Below are positions 42,230 through 52,150 of a stretch of DNA of 64,000 nt, piece by piece. Origin of the DNA: an uncultured delta proteobacterium (GTDB lineage: Bacteria; Desulfobacterota; Desulfuromonadia; Desulfuromonadales; JACZKF01); assembly GCA_963816395.1 (NCBI GenBank), contig CAWFKQ010000006.1, positions 526-64,525 on the forward strand, written 5' to 3'. The notes below the pieces were generated by a model that ran no database searches, was not told where the DNA came from, and was given only the letters and a program-made list of their open reading frames with translations. Numbering within the stretch: position 1 is the stretch's first letter; each line of letters starts with the position of its first letter. A program made the translations under genes and the position numbers.

Positions 42230-44134
42230 TCAGGCCGTATAGCCGCGGCTGCGATGGCGGCGGAATAGCCAGGCGAGGAAGGCCGCCAGGACGATCAGGC
42301 CGGGGACGAAGAAGATGTTGAAAACTTTGAGGGTGGCCTCCAGCCCCAGGATATCCCGGCGCAGGTTGTACTGCACTTCCCGCAGGTCCTTGCGCGTGCC
42401 GACGATTTCGCTGCGGAATTTGTCGACCTCCTTCTCCTGCTCCGGGGTGAGGGCCGAGGAGCCGGCGTCCCGCCGCTTCTGCTGCAGCTGATTCAGCTTG
42501 CCCTGCGTCTCCTTCAGGCGGGCGACCAGTTCCTGTTCCCGCGCCTGGTACTGCCCCTCGGCTTTCTGGCGGATTTCATTCACCAGGGTGAAGGGGCGCT
42601 CGAAGCTTCCCCGGCTGCGCACGCTGATCAGATCCGGGCTGCCGCCGAGCTGGTCGAGGGCATTGAGGGCGAAGTCGGCGTTGGCCGCGATCGGCGTAGC
42701 CAGCCGTTGCCCGAAGAGGTCCTGGACCTGCACCCAGAAGCGGTCATCGAGCAGGTCGGTGTCGGCGACGACGATCAGGTTGAGCGGCTTCTTCGACTCT
42801 TTCAGCTGCGGCTGGGCGACCTTCTCCTTAGCTTTTTTCTCCTCTTTTTTCTTGCCGTCCGGTTTTTCCCCGGCGGCTGCCGGCGGTCCAGCGGGGAAAG
42901 CGGTGGCCGCCGGACCGCTGATTCGGGCGGCGAGGATGTAAGGCTTGCCGGAAGGCTTGAAATCGGCCAGCAGGCGCCCGGGATCGGGGGAGAAGGCGAC
43001 TTGCTCACGTTTGAGGAGCATCGCCCGGGCGCTCGAGCGGAGCAGGGGGACCATCTCGGTGCGCGCCTCCGGCAGCTGCACCAGGGAGCCGGCGCTGGCC
43101 AGGTTGAGCTGGCCGAGTTGGCCGGTCACCACATCGTCCCGGTCCATCTGCTCCGGGCCGACCGCCAGCCAGGGGAGATAATCGACCACCTGGGGGCGCA
43201 AGGGGCCGCCGGCGGTCACCTTCTGCGCCAGCTCCAGGTCGCCGATGACGCCGGGTTCCAGCCGCACCCCCCAGGCCGCCAGCAGCTTATCCGCCGCCGA
43301 CGTCTCCTGCACCGGGTTGGCGGCCTCGCTGCCGAGGGTTTCCGCCAGGGGGTCGGTGAAGACCACGGCGCGCCCGCCGGCGAGCACGAACTGGTCGATT
43401 GCGTAGAGCGCCGTCTCCGGCAGCATCTGCGGCTGCACCACCATGAGCACGTCGGTTCCGGCAGGGATCTCCCGGGTATCCGCGGGCAAAGTGCGCAGGT
43501 CGAACTGCCGGCGCAATTGCTCGACGATCATCCACGGCGGCTGCATCTGGTAGCTCTGCGCCGAAAACCCGCCGTTGATCGGCAAGGCACTCAGCAGGCC
43601 GACCACCGGCTTTTGCGGATGGGCAACCGCCTGCACCATTTGGGTCAGGTCGTACTCCAGGAAACGCTCCCGGTTCTGCTGAAAAAGGGGAATCACCTGC
43701 GGGCTCCCCTTGGCAGTGGTGGCGACCAGGCCGAAATAGAGGGACTCGCCGTCTCCTACCGGTACCCCCTGCAAGCCATAGCGCACGGCGTCGTCCTCGC
43801 CAGCCGAGAAGGGTTCAGGATCGATCCGCTCCAGGGTGAGCCTGCCGCCGGATTCGGCAGCATATTCCGCCAGCAGGTCGCCGATCCGGTCGGCAAAGGT
43901 CTTGAGCGACGGGTGACGGTCCGCTTCGGCACGGGAGAGGTACAGCTGAAGCGTGACCGGCTCCGGCAGATTCTTGAGGATATGGATGGTCCCCGGCGAG
44001 AGGGTATGCAGGTGATTTTCCGTCAGGTCGAGGCGGGCGCCGCGCAGCAGCGGTCCGCCGGCCAGATTGACCAGGGCGAAGAGGAGCGCCGCCGCCAGCA
44101 GTCCTCCCAGGGAATAGATTTTTTTCCGCGTCAT
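42230..44134 (-). CDS. GldG-family ABC-transport auxiliary protein
   Basis: N- and C-terminal TM anchors. Motifs RLDLTENHLHTLSPGT, LYFGLV and the C-terminal coiled-coil match the GldG/ABC_transp_aux family. Confidence 0.8.
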   Translation of the reverse strand: MTRKKIYSLGGLLAAALLFALVNLAGGPLLRGARLDLTENHLHTLSPGTIHILKNLPEPVTLQLYLSRAEADRHPSLKTFADRIGDLLAEYAAESGGRLTLERIDPEPFSAGEDDAVRYGLQGVPVGDGESLYFGLVATTAKGSPQVIPLFQQNRERFLEYDLTQMVQAVAHPQKPVVGLLSALPINGGFSAQSYQMQPPWMIVEQLRRQFDLRTLPADTREIPAGTDVLMVVQPQMLPETALYAIDQFVLAGGRAVVFTDPLAETLGSEAANPVQETSAADKLLAAWGVRLEPGVIGDLELAQKVTAGGPLRPQVVDYLPWLAVGPEQMDRDDVVTGQLGQLNLASAGSLVQLPEARTEMVPLLRSSARAMLLKREQVAFSPDPGRLLADFKPSGKPYILAARISGPAATAFPAGPPAAAGEKPDGKKKEEKKAKEKVAQPQLKESKKPLNLIVVADTDLLDDRFWVQVQDLFGQRLATPIAANADFALNALDQLGGSPDLISVRSRGSFERPFTLVNEIRQKAEGQYQAREQELVARLKETQGKLNQLQQKRRDAGSSALTPEQEKEVDKFRSEIVGTRKDLREVQYNLRRDILGLEATLKVFNIFFVPGLIVLAAFLAWLFRRHRSRGYTA

Positions 44135-44153
44135 ATCGGTAGCCCTCCGGTTT

Positions 44154-44888
44154 TCAGGCAGTTTTCTGGCGTGTTATGGCCCAGGTCCCGGCAAACAGCC
44201 AAAAGGAGATGAAGGAGAGGAAGAAAAGCAGATCGCGCGCATCGATTACCCCCCTGGTGACGGCATCGAAGTGGTGCAGAACGCCGAAGGAGGCGATCCC
44301 CTCCAGCAGCACCGTGGGCAGCCAGGGACGGAAGAAGTCGAGGACCAGGGGATAGCCGGCAAGGAGAAAAGCGAAGCAGCCGACCACCGAGAGGACGAAG
44401 GCGATCACCTGATTGCGGGTGCAGGCCGAGAGGCAGGCGCTCACCGCCAGATAGGCGCCGGCCAGCAGCAGACTTCCCAGGTAGCCGGCGGCAATCACCC
44501 CGTTGTCGGGATGCCCCAGGATGTTGACCGTGATCCAGATGGGGAAGGTCAACGCCAGGGACAGGGCGAGCATGCACCAGGCGGCGAGGAATTTGCCAAA
44601 AACCGCCTCGGCGGTCGATACCGGCAGGGTCAGCAGCAACTCGACGGTACCGCTACGGCGCTCTTCGGACCAGAGACGCATGCCAAGGGCCGGCACCAGG
44701 AAGAGGTAGAGCCAGGGCTGCCAGGTGAAGAACGGCGCCAGATCGGCCTGGCCGCGGGCGAAGAAACCGCCGATATAGAAAGTGAAGATGCCGCTCAGCA
44801 TGAGAAAGATGACGATGAAGACGTAAGCCACCGGGGTGGCGAAATAGCCGGCCATTTCCCGCTTGAATATGGCGATGATACCTTTCAT
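44154..44888 (-). CDS. ABC-2 transporter permease (GldF-like)
   Basis: MKGIIAIFKREMAGYFATPVAYVFIVIFLMLSG...LWSEERRSGTVELLLTLPVS. Six TM segments. Confidence 0.85.
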   Translation of the reverse strand: MKGIIAIFKREMAGYFATPVAYVFIVIFLMLSGIFTFYIGGFFARGQADLAPFFTWQPWLYLFLVPALGMRLWSEERRSGTVELLLTLPVSTAEAVFGKFLAAWCMLALSLALTFPIWITVNILGHPDNGVIAAGYLGSLLLAGAYLAVSACLSACTRNQVIAFVLSVVGCFAFLLAGYPLVLDFFRPWLPTVLLEGIASFGVLHHFDAVTRGVIDARDLLFFLSFISFWLFAGTWAITRQKTA

Positions 44889-45852
44889 GCCAGCCCTCCC
44901 TCGCCGCCTGGGCGCTGCTGGTGACGGCGCGGAAGACATCCTCCAGCCGCCCCGGTTCCTGCACCAGTTCGCGGATCTGCCAGCGGCTTTCCCGCAGCAG
45001 TCCGCTCATCTCTTCCAAAAGCGAAACCCCGGCCGCCGGCAGGGCGGTCAGACACGCCATTCCCGCCGCTGCCGGTATCGTTTCCACCCCGCTCACCCCC
45101 GGCAGCCGGCGCAGGACGGCGGCGATTTCCATCGCCTGCTCCTCCGGCACCCGCAGGGAAACGGCCCGGTGCCGTGGGGAGCGGGCGGCCAGCTCGGCGG
45201 GGGTGCCGTCGGCGACGATGCGGCCGCCGGCGATGATCAGCGCCCGGCTGCAGACCGCATCCACCTCTTCGAGAATATGGGTGGAGATGATGATCGCCTT
45301 GCGGGCGGCCATGGCCGTAACCAGCTGCCGCACCTCCTGCTTCTGGTTGGGGTCGAGACCGTCGGTCGGCTCGTCGAGAATGAGCACTTCCGGGTCGTGG
45401 AGAATGGCCTGAGCCAGTCCCACCCGCCGTTTGAAACCCTTGGACAGGGTTTCGATCGGCTGCCGCCAGACGTCCTTGATCCTGACCTGCTCGGCCACTT
45501 CGTCGAGGCGCCGGCGCCGGGCATCGCCGGTCAGGCCGCGCACGTCGGCGGCGAAGGAGAGCAACCCGGCCGGCGTCATTTCCGGATAGAGGGGCGCCCC
45601 TTCCGGCAGGTAGCCGAGCTTCGCCTTGGCCGCCACCGGTTGCTGCTGCACATCCAGGCCGCAGATTTCGGCGCGGCCGGCGGTCGGCGGCAGAAAGCCG
45701 GTGATCATCTTCATCGTGGTCGATTTCCCCGCCCCGTTCGGGCCAAGAAAGCCGAGGACTTCACCCGCTCCGAGGCGGAACGAAATGCCATCGACCGCCA
45801 CCAGAGAACCGAACTCCTTGCGCAACTGTTCCACCCTGATCTGCGTAGTCAT
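44885..45852 (-). CDS. ABC transporter ATP-binding protein (GldA-like); expected stop missing
   Basis: GPNGAGKSTTMK, LSKGFKRRVGLAQAI and LILDEPTDGLD. RBS GAGGTGA. The homologous part ends ...GRLEDVFRAVT about codon 310, but the frame stays open to 44653, over the permease gene. An ATGA overlap with the permease start would need a 1-nt correction. Confidence 0.82.
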
Positions 45853-45881
45853 CGAATGCTTCACCTCTCTGATTCGGGAAA

Positions 45882-46244
45882 TCAATTCGCCGGCAGAAGA
45901 GCCGGCGGCGCCGCCGCCCGATTCTCCCCCGCCAGCGGCCGCTGGCGCCCCTGGCCCAGGCGCGCCTTTTCACCGGGAGGAGAAAGGGGTGCATCGAGCC
46001 CCACGGTCCAGTCCCGGCCATCGAAGAAAAGGGCCAACAGCAAGGCCTGGCTGATGGCTGCGGCACTCTGCGCCCGCAGCCGGACATAGGCGGTCTCCAG
46101 CCCCTGCGCCCGCAGCCGGTCGGTCAGGAGCCGAAAACTGTCCTGATCGGAGAAAACCCCTTCGAACCGAGGTTGACCGTCGATCAGCAGAAGAAAAGGG
46201 AAGCGGTTTTCTTCGATTTCGACCAGCAGCAGGACAGAGCACAT
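45882..46244 (-). CDS. hypothetical protein, first gene of the GldAFG-like operon
   Basis: About 120 aa starting at MCSVLLLVEIEENRFPFLLLIDGQPRFEGVFSDQDSFRLL... The first two thirds look coding and the tail is low-complexity. No family recognised. Confidence 0.4.
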   Translation of the reverse strand: MCSVLLLVEIEENRFPFLLLIDGQPRFEGVFSDQDSFRLLTDRLRAQGLETAYVRLRAQSAAAISQALLLALFFDGRDWTVGLDAPLSPPGEKARLGQGRQRPLAGENRAAAPPALLPAN

Positions 46245-46436
46245 GACCGTCTCTTCATCGGGAAAGGGGACACCGCCGGGGAGTCCCCAGAGCACTGACC
46301 GATGATAAACGGCAACGGTTTACGGCAAGATGTCTTGAGTATTACTTTTTTGTCAGGTTGCGACGGCGGCAGCGCCGCAGGAGCGGTGAGGGGGGAAAGG
46401 TGCGGCCATGCTGCAGAGGGTGCAGAACAGGCGGGT

Positions 46437-47162
46437 TCAGCCGCCGAGGTAGGCTTTCTTGACTTCGGGGTTGCCGAGCAGCTGCTGGCCGGTGCCCTCG
46501 GCGGCGATGGTGCCGGTGTCGAGGACGTAGCCGCGGTGCGCCAGGTGCAGCGCCAGGCTGGCGTTCTGCTCCACCAGCAGCAGGGTCAGCCCCTCCTGGT
46601 TGAGGCGCTTGAGGGTGCGGAACAGCTCATATTTGAGGCGCGGGGCGAGACCCATGGACGGCTCGTCGAGCAGGAGAAAGGTGCAGCCGGTCATCAGCGC
46701 CCGGCCGACCGCCAGCATCTGCTGCTCGCCGCCGCTGAGAGACTCCGAGCGCTGCCGGCGGCGTTCGCCCAGGCGGGGGAAGAGATCGAAGACCTTCTGG
46801 TAGTCGCGCTTGATCCCGGCCGCATCCTTGCGCGCGTAGGTGGCCAGGTCGAGGTTCTCCTGCACGCTCAGGTTGCCGAAGATGCGCCGCCCCTCGGGGA
46901 CCAGGGCCAGCTGCAGCCGGTCGACCACCACATGCGGCGGCGTGTTCAGGATCGAGGCGCCGCGCAGGCGGATATCGCCGCCGATCACCCGCGGCGCTTC
47001 CGGCGGCGGCAGACGGCAGATGCTGTGCAGGGTGGTCGTTTTCCCCGCCCCGTTGGCGCCGATCAGGGTGACGATTTCCCCCTCCTGCACATGAAAGCTG
47101 ATCCCGTGCAGCGGCTGGATATTGCCGTACTTGACCTGCAGGTTTTCCACCGACAGCAGCAT
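46437..47162 (-). CDS. livF: branched-chain amino acid ABC transporter ATP-binding protein
   Basis: MLLSVENLQVKYGNIQPLHGISF...GANGAGKTTTL...LSGGEQQMLAVGRAL...LLLDEPSMGLAP...NPEVKKAYLGG. The ATG overlaps the livG stop by 1 nt (TGATG). Confidence 0.92.
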   Translation of the reverse strand: MLLSVENLQVKYGNIQPLHGISFHVQEGEIVTLIGANGAGKTTTLHSICRLPPPEAPRVIGGDIRLRGASILNTPPHVVVDRLQLALVPEGRRIFGNLSVQENLDLATYARKDAAGIKRDYQKVFDLFPRLGERRRQRSESLSGGEQQMLAVGRALMTGCTFLLLDEPSMGLAPRLKYELFRTLKRLNQEGLTLLLVEQNASLALHLAHRGYVLDTGTIAAEGTGQQLLGNPEVKKAYLGG

Positions 47163-47931
47163 CAGATCGTCGCGTCTCCCAGGTAGGCGGCAATGACCGC
47201 CGGGATGGTTGCGGATCTCCTCCGGCGTTCCCTCGGCGATGGTCTCGCCGAAGTCGATGACCTTGATGCGGGCGCACAGTTCCATCATCACATCCATGTG
47301 GTGCTCGATCATCAGGATGGTGACCGCGAAGTGCTGGTGGATCCAGCGCACCAGCCGGATCAGCTCCAGCACGTCGGCGGAATTCAGGCCGGCGGCCGGC
47401 TCATCGAGCAGCAGCAGGCGGGGGCGCACCGACAGGGCGCGGGCGATCTCCACCTTGCGCTGGATGCCGTAGGGGAGGTTGCGCGGCAGCTCGTCCGCCA
47501 TGGCCTCCAGGCCGAGGGCGGCGAGCAGTTCGCGGGCATACTCCTCGATTGCCCGCTCCCGCTCCCGGTAGCGGGAGGAGCGCCGGAGGGAGTCGAGAAG
47601 GCCGTAGCCCAGACGGTGGTGCTGGGCGACGCGGATGTTGTCGAGCACGCTCATCTCGTTCCACAGGCGGATGTTCTGGAAGGTGCGCGCCACCCCGAGG
47701 GCGGTCACCTGGTGCGGCTTGCGCCCGGCGGTATCGGTGCCGCCCACCCGGATGAAAGCCGGAGCTCGGCTGATAGAAGCCGCTGATCAGGTTGAAGACC
47801 GTCGTCTTGCCGGCGCCGTTGGGGCCGATCAGGCCGAACAGCTCCCCGCCCTCCAGGCGCAGGTTGAAGTCGGTCAGGGCGCGCAGGCCGCCGAAGCTCT
47901 TGTTCAGGTTGCTGATCTCGATTACCGCCAT
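47162..47931 (-). CDS. livG: branched-chain amino acid ABC transporter ATP-binding protein; two apparent frameshifts (about 47755 and about 47197-47204)
   Basis: N-terminus in ORF 47401..47931 (MAVIEISNLNKSFGGLRALTDF...GPNGAGKTTVFN). The middle lies in the frame of ORF 46437..47747 (ARTFQNIRLWNEMSVLDN...LLLDEPAAGLN). The last 12 codons (AVIAAYLGDATI*) are in the third frame. Confidence 0.88.
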
Positions 47932-47956
47932 GCGAAGCCTGTCCTCTGCCGCCGCG

Positions 47957-48970
47957 TCAGCGAAACTGATAGAAGCGGCGCAGCCGGGGGAAGACCTGGT
48001 GCAGCTCGCGGTTGCCCATGAGCCCCTCCGGGCGGAACTGCATGAGGATGATGAGCAGCAGCGGCACCACCACCCACTTGATGATCTGCAGGGGGCGCAG
48101 GGCCTCCAGCAGCAGGGTGAAGAAAATGGCCGAGAAGACCGAGCCGGAAAGGGAGCCCATCCCCCCCAGGTAGACCATGACCAGGATTTCCGTCGACTTG
48201 AGAATGGTGAAGGAGCCGGGGTTGACGTAGCCCATGATGTAGGCGAACAGGCCGCCGGCGATCCCGGCCAGTCCCGAGGAGAGCATGAAAGCCACCAGCT
48301 TCATCTTGTTGGTGTTGACGCTCATGATTTCGGCGGCCACCTCGTCCTGGCAGATGGCGGAGATCCCGCGGCCGTAGGTGGAGGAGACGAAGCGGCGCAG
48401 CAGCCAGACGCTGAAGATGGTGAAGGCGAAGACCCACATCGGCATCCACGGCAGCTCCACCGAGTCCTCCATCGCCCGCAGAACCCCTTTCATCCCCATG
48501 AAGCCCCGGGCGCCGCCGATCACCCCCAGGTTTTCCACGGCGCTGATGATGATGTAGTTGGCGGCGATGGTGATGATGGCCAGGTAGTCGCCGCGGGTCT
48601 TGAAGGAGGGGAAGGCGACCAGCAGGCCGGCCACCGCCGCCGCCGCCCCGCCGGCCAGGATGACCAGGGGGAAGGCGAAGACGGCCAGGTCGGGCGGCAG
48701 CAGGGCCGCGCCGAAGACCCGGTCCTTGGCGAAGAGCAGCACCCCCAGCACCGAGGACGCGTAGGCGCCGACCGCCATGAAGCCGGCATGGCCGCAGGAG
48801 AACTCCCCCATGTAGCCGTTGACCAGGTTAAGGCTGGTGGAGAGGATCACGTTGACCCCCATGAACATCAGCACCGACAGGACATAGAGGCCGATGAGCT
48901 CTTCATGGGCGAGATAGGTCAGGGCGAAGAAGGCGATGGCCAGCAGGGCGGGAACGGTCAGTCGGCGCAT
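47957..48970 (-). CDS. livM: branched-chain amino acid ABC transporter permease
   Basis: LNLVNGYMGEFSCGHAGFMAVGAYAS...TRGDYLAIITIA... is typical of LivM. Confidence 0.92.
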   Translation of the reverse strand: MRRLTVPALLAIAFFALTYLAHEELIGLYVLSVLMFMGVNVILSTSLNLVNGYMGEFSCGHAGFMAVGAYASSVLGVLLFAKDRVFGAALLPPDLAVFAFPLVILAGGAAAAVAGLLVAFPSFKTRGDYLAIITIAANYIIISAVENLGVIGGARGFMGMKGVLRAMEDSVELPWMPMWVFAFTIFSVWLLRRFVSSTYGRGISAICQDEVAAEIMSVNTNKMKLVAFMLSSGLAGIAGGLFAYIMGYVNPGSFTILKSTEILVMVYLGGMGSLSGSVFSAIFFTLLLEALRPLQIIKWVVVPLLLIILMQFRPEGLMGNRELHQVFPRLRRFYQFR

Positions 48971-48980
48971 GGCGGGTCCG

Positions 48981-49892
48981 TCAGATCTTCGTGGTTTTGG
49001 CGACCCCGAACAGTCCCGTCGGCTTCACCGAAAGGATCGCCAGCAGCACGCTGAAAGCGAGCAGGTCGCGGAAGGTGGAGGGGAAGACGGCGACCACCAG
49101 GATCTCCACCGCCCCGAGGAGAAAGCCGCCGACAAAGGCGCCGCGGATATCGCCGATCCCGCCGACCACCGCGGCGATGAAGGCCTTCCAGCCGATCAGC
49201 GCCCCCATGTACGGCTCCAGCACCGGGTAGGACATGGCGAAGAGGATGCCGGCCAGTCCGGCCATGGAGGAGCCGAGGACGAAGGTGGCGACGATGATGT
49301 GGTCGATCGGAATGCCCATCAGCGGCACGGCGAACTTGTCGTAGGAAATCGCCCGCATCGCCATCCCCACCCGGGTGCGGGTGACGATGAACTGCAGCAG
49401 CAGGAAAACGACGATGGCGGTGAGGATGACGGCCACCTTGAGGTTGGTGAAGACGATGCCGTGCACGTTGTACACGATCTCCGGCACCATCGGCGGGAAG
49501 GCCTTGCGGCTGGCCCCGAGCAGCGCCAGGTTGCCGTGCTCCAGGATCAGGCCGGCCATCAGGGCGGTGATGACGACGTAGAGCCGGTTGGCCCCCTTGC
49601 GCCGCAGCGGCCGGTAGGCGACCCGCTCCAGGGTCACCCCGACCAGGGAGGTGAGGACCATGGTCAGGGGGATGGTCAGCGCCAGGGCGGCCCAGCCGGG
49701 GACGCCGGTCGCCGTGAGCAGGAAGGTGGCGACAAAAAAGGCGATATAGGCGCCGACCATGAAGACGTCGCCATGGGCGAAGTTGATCAGCGTCAGCACG
49801 CCATAGACCAGGGTATAGCCGAGGGCGATCAGGGCGTAGAAGCTTCCCCACTGCAGGGCATTGAGGAGGTTCTGAAGAATGGTGGCAAACAC
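48981..49892 (-). CDS. livH: branched-chain amino acid ABC transporter permease
   Basis: (V)FATILQNLLNALQWGSFYALIALGYTLVYGVLTLINFAHGDVFMVGAY... GTG at 49892 with GAAGGGA upstream; the alternative ATG is at 49928. Confidence 0.9.
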   Translation of the reverse strand: MFATILQNLLNALQWGSFYALIALGYTLVYGVLTLINFAHGDVFMVGAYIAFFVATFLLTATGVPGWAALALTIPLTMVLTSLVGVTLERVAYRPLRRKGANRLYVVITALMAGLILEHGNLALLGASRKAFPPMVPEIVYNVHGIVFTNLKVAVILTAIVVFLLLQFIVTRTRVGMAMRAISYDKFAVPLMGIPIDHIIVATFVLGSSMAGLAGILFAMSYPVLEPYMGALIGWKAFIAAVVGGIGDIRGAFVGGFLLGAVEILVVAVFPSTFRDLLAFSVLLAILSVKPTGLFGVAKTTKI

Positions 49893-49993
49893 GTTCCGGT
49901 CCCTTCGGACGGCAATGGCCGAGGCCACACGGCAGGTCGGGGCCGGCCCCGACCTGCCGTCATCGCAATGGAATCATCCCGGGCGAAGGCGCC

Positions 49994-51161
49994 TCAGGGA
50001 CAGACCGACTGGGCGAAGACGAACTCGCCGCTGTCGCTGATCTTCACCACCACGGCACATTTGATCGGATCGCCCTGCGGGTCGAACTTCATGGCGCCGG
50101 TGATGCCGTCGAAGCTCTTGATGCCGGCCATCGCCTCGCGGATCGCCTGGCGGTCCTTGTGCAGCTTGCCGGTCAGCTTGCCGGTATCCTGAATGGCCTG
50201 CAGGACGATGCGGGTGGCGTCCCAGGTCAGAGCCGCCACATCATCGGCCACGTAGCCGTACTTGGCCTGATAGCGGTCGATGAACTCCTTGGTCGCGCCC
50301 TTGGCGCCGGCGGCGGCATAATGGGTGGAGAAGAACAGCCCCTTGCAGTCATCGCCGCACAGGGTCATCAGTTCGGCCGAACCCCAGGAATCCGAGCCCA
50401 TGAACCGGTCCCTTCCAGCCGAGCTGGTGCGCCTGCTTGACGATCAGCGCCACCTGGTTGTAGTTGTCCGGAATGAAGATGAAGTCGGGTTTGGCGGCGA
50501 TGATCGTGGTCAGCTGGGCGCTGAAATCCTGGTCTTTGGTGCCGTGGCTTTCGAAGGCCAGCACCGTGCCCGGACCTTTCTTTTTCTCGAAATCGGCTTT
50601 GAAGATCTCGGCCAGTCCCTTGGAATAGTCGTTGGAGAGATCGTAGATGACGGCCGCCTTTTTGGCCTTGAACTGGGCGCTGGCGAAATCGACGGCCACC
50701 GGGCCCTGGAAGGGGTCGAGGAAAGCGGCGCGGAAGACCCAGGGCCGGTCGAGGGTGGTGTCGGGATTGGTCGACCAGGGGGAGACCATGACCGTCTCGT
50801 TGTCGTTGGCCACCTGCCCCGCCGGGATCGCCTGCTTGCTGGAGTTGGGACCGATCATCGCCAGGACCCCGTCCTTTTCGATCAGCTTGAGGGCGGTGGT
50901 TACCGCCGATTCGGCCTTGGCTTCATTGTCCTCATAGATGAATTCGAGCGGGTATTTTTTCCCGCCGACCTCCAGCCCCCCTTTGGCGTTGATGTCTTCC
51001 TTAAGCATCTCCGCGGCAAATTTGGACGATTCCCCCACCTTGGGAATATCCCCGGTCAGCGGGATGTTGAAGCCGATCCGGATGGTGTCGGCGCCCAGGG
51101 CGGGAGAGCCAGCCAGCAGGGTCGTTAGGCACAGCACAGCCGCAATCCTCGGTTTGCGCAT
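49994..51161 (-). CDS. livK: branched-chain amino acid ABC transporter substrate-binding protein; apparent frameshift near 50400-50410
   Basis: Strong AAGGAGGAA RBS and a signal peptide. IRIGFNIPLTGDIPKVGES (ORF 50349..51296) continues as FMGSDSWGSAELM... (ORF 49994..50401) if one G in CCGGTTC is removed. Confidence 0.88.
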
Positions 51162-51207
51162 CGGTTTCCTCCTTGCAGGTGAGAAATAAATGGAAGCCAG
51201 GTTGTTG

Positions 51208-51236
51208 AGTATTAAACAACTATTATTAATTGTCAA
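51208..51236 (-). promoter_or_regulatory. sigma70-like promoter for the liv operon
   Basis: The reverse strand reads TTGACA-N17-AATACT, about 45 nt upstream of the livK ATG. Confidence 0.4.
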
Positions 51237-51388
51237 GAAATCAGTTATGCGGCGGCAGCGCGGGAGATCCCCGGGCTCTGGCCAGGGATTGAACAACAGG
51301 TGGTTATGCGGTAGGATCCCGAATTCCGGTCAAGGGGGAGACCCTCTTGAATGAAGAAGGACTACACGAAGATGCTGAAAGCGAATAG

Positions 51389-52084
51389 ATGAAACTGCCG
51401 TCACCCCTTATCGAAGGTCGGCTGCTGCGCCGCTACCAGCGCTTTCTCGCCGAGGTGGAGCTGGCGGATGGGGCGGTGGTTACCGCCCATACGGCCAACA
51501 CCGGCAGCATGCGGGAGTGCGCTGTCCCGGGTTATCCCGTGCTCCTCTCCCGGGCCGTCGGCGCCCATCGCAAGCTGCCGTACAACCTGGAGTTGATCCG
51601 GGTGAACGGTCATTGGGTGGATATCCACACCCAGCGCAGCAACCGGGTGGTGGAGGAGGCATTGCGGGCGGGGAAAATCGCCGGGCTGGCCGGTTTCGCC
51701 GTCCGTCCCGAATTTTGCTACGGCGACAGCCGCCTCGATTTTCTTCTCGAACGGGAGGGGGAACGGGTGCTGGTGGAGGTGAAGAACGTCACCCTTACGG
51801 ATGGCGGCGGCATCGCCTGTTTCCCCGACGCGGTCACCACCCGCGGGCAGAAACACCTGCGCGAACTGCGGCGGGCGCGCCAGGAGGGTTTTCGCGGGGT
51901 CATCTTTTTTCTGGTGCAGCGAGGGGAGGCGACCGCCTTCCGCCCCGCCGACCACATCGATCCGGAATACGGCCGCCTGCTGCGGGAAGTCGTCGCCGGG
52001 GGCGTCGAGGCCATCGCCTGCCGCAGCCTGGTGACCCCGGAGGAGAACCGGGTAGGGGAGAGGATTCCGATAATGCTAGGCTAG
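51389..52084 (+). CDS. sfsA: sugar fermentation stimulation protein A (PD-(D/E)xK nuclease-fold DNA-binding protein)
   Basis: Full-length match in style to SfsA: GRLLRRYQRFLAEVEL..., HTANTGSM, SRLDFLL...VEVKNVTL, FPDAVTTRGQKHLREL. Confidence 0.92.
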   Translation: MKLPSPLIEGRLLRRYQRFLAEVELADGAVVTAHTANTGSMRECAVPGYPVLLSRAVGAHRKLPYNLELIRVNGHWVDIHTQRSNRVVEEALRAGKIAGLAGFAVRPEFCYGDSRLDFLLEREGERVLVEVKNVTLTDGGGIACFPDAVTTRGQKHLRELRRARQEGFRGVIFFLVQRGEATAFRPADHIDPEYGRLLREVVAGGVEAIACRSLVTPEENRVGERIPIMLG

Positions 52085-52136
52085 AGGCAAGAGGCTATGG
52101 GCAAGAGGAAAATCTCCTCTAGCCTCTTGCCTCTAG
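52081..52136. repeat. CTAG-rich inverted repeat (family locus A), starting at the sfsA stop codon
   Basis: CTAGAGGCAAGAGGCTA (52081-52097) is the perfect reverse complement of TAGCCTCTTGCCTCTAG (52120-52136). A partial third unit, CCTCTTGCC, follows. Confidence 0.85.
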
Positions 52137-52150
52137 CCTCTTGCCTGCCT

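Noticed and set aside
46437-47747. 436-aa ORF suggesting a two-domain LivG-LivF fusion.
   Set aside because: The junction (HPGGHCRLPGRRDDL) is out of frame. The correct livG tail AVIAAYLGDATI* is in another frame and its TGA overlaps the livF ATG.
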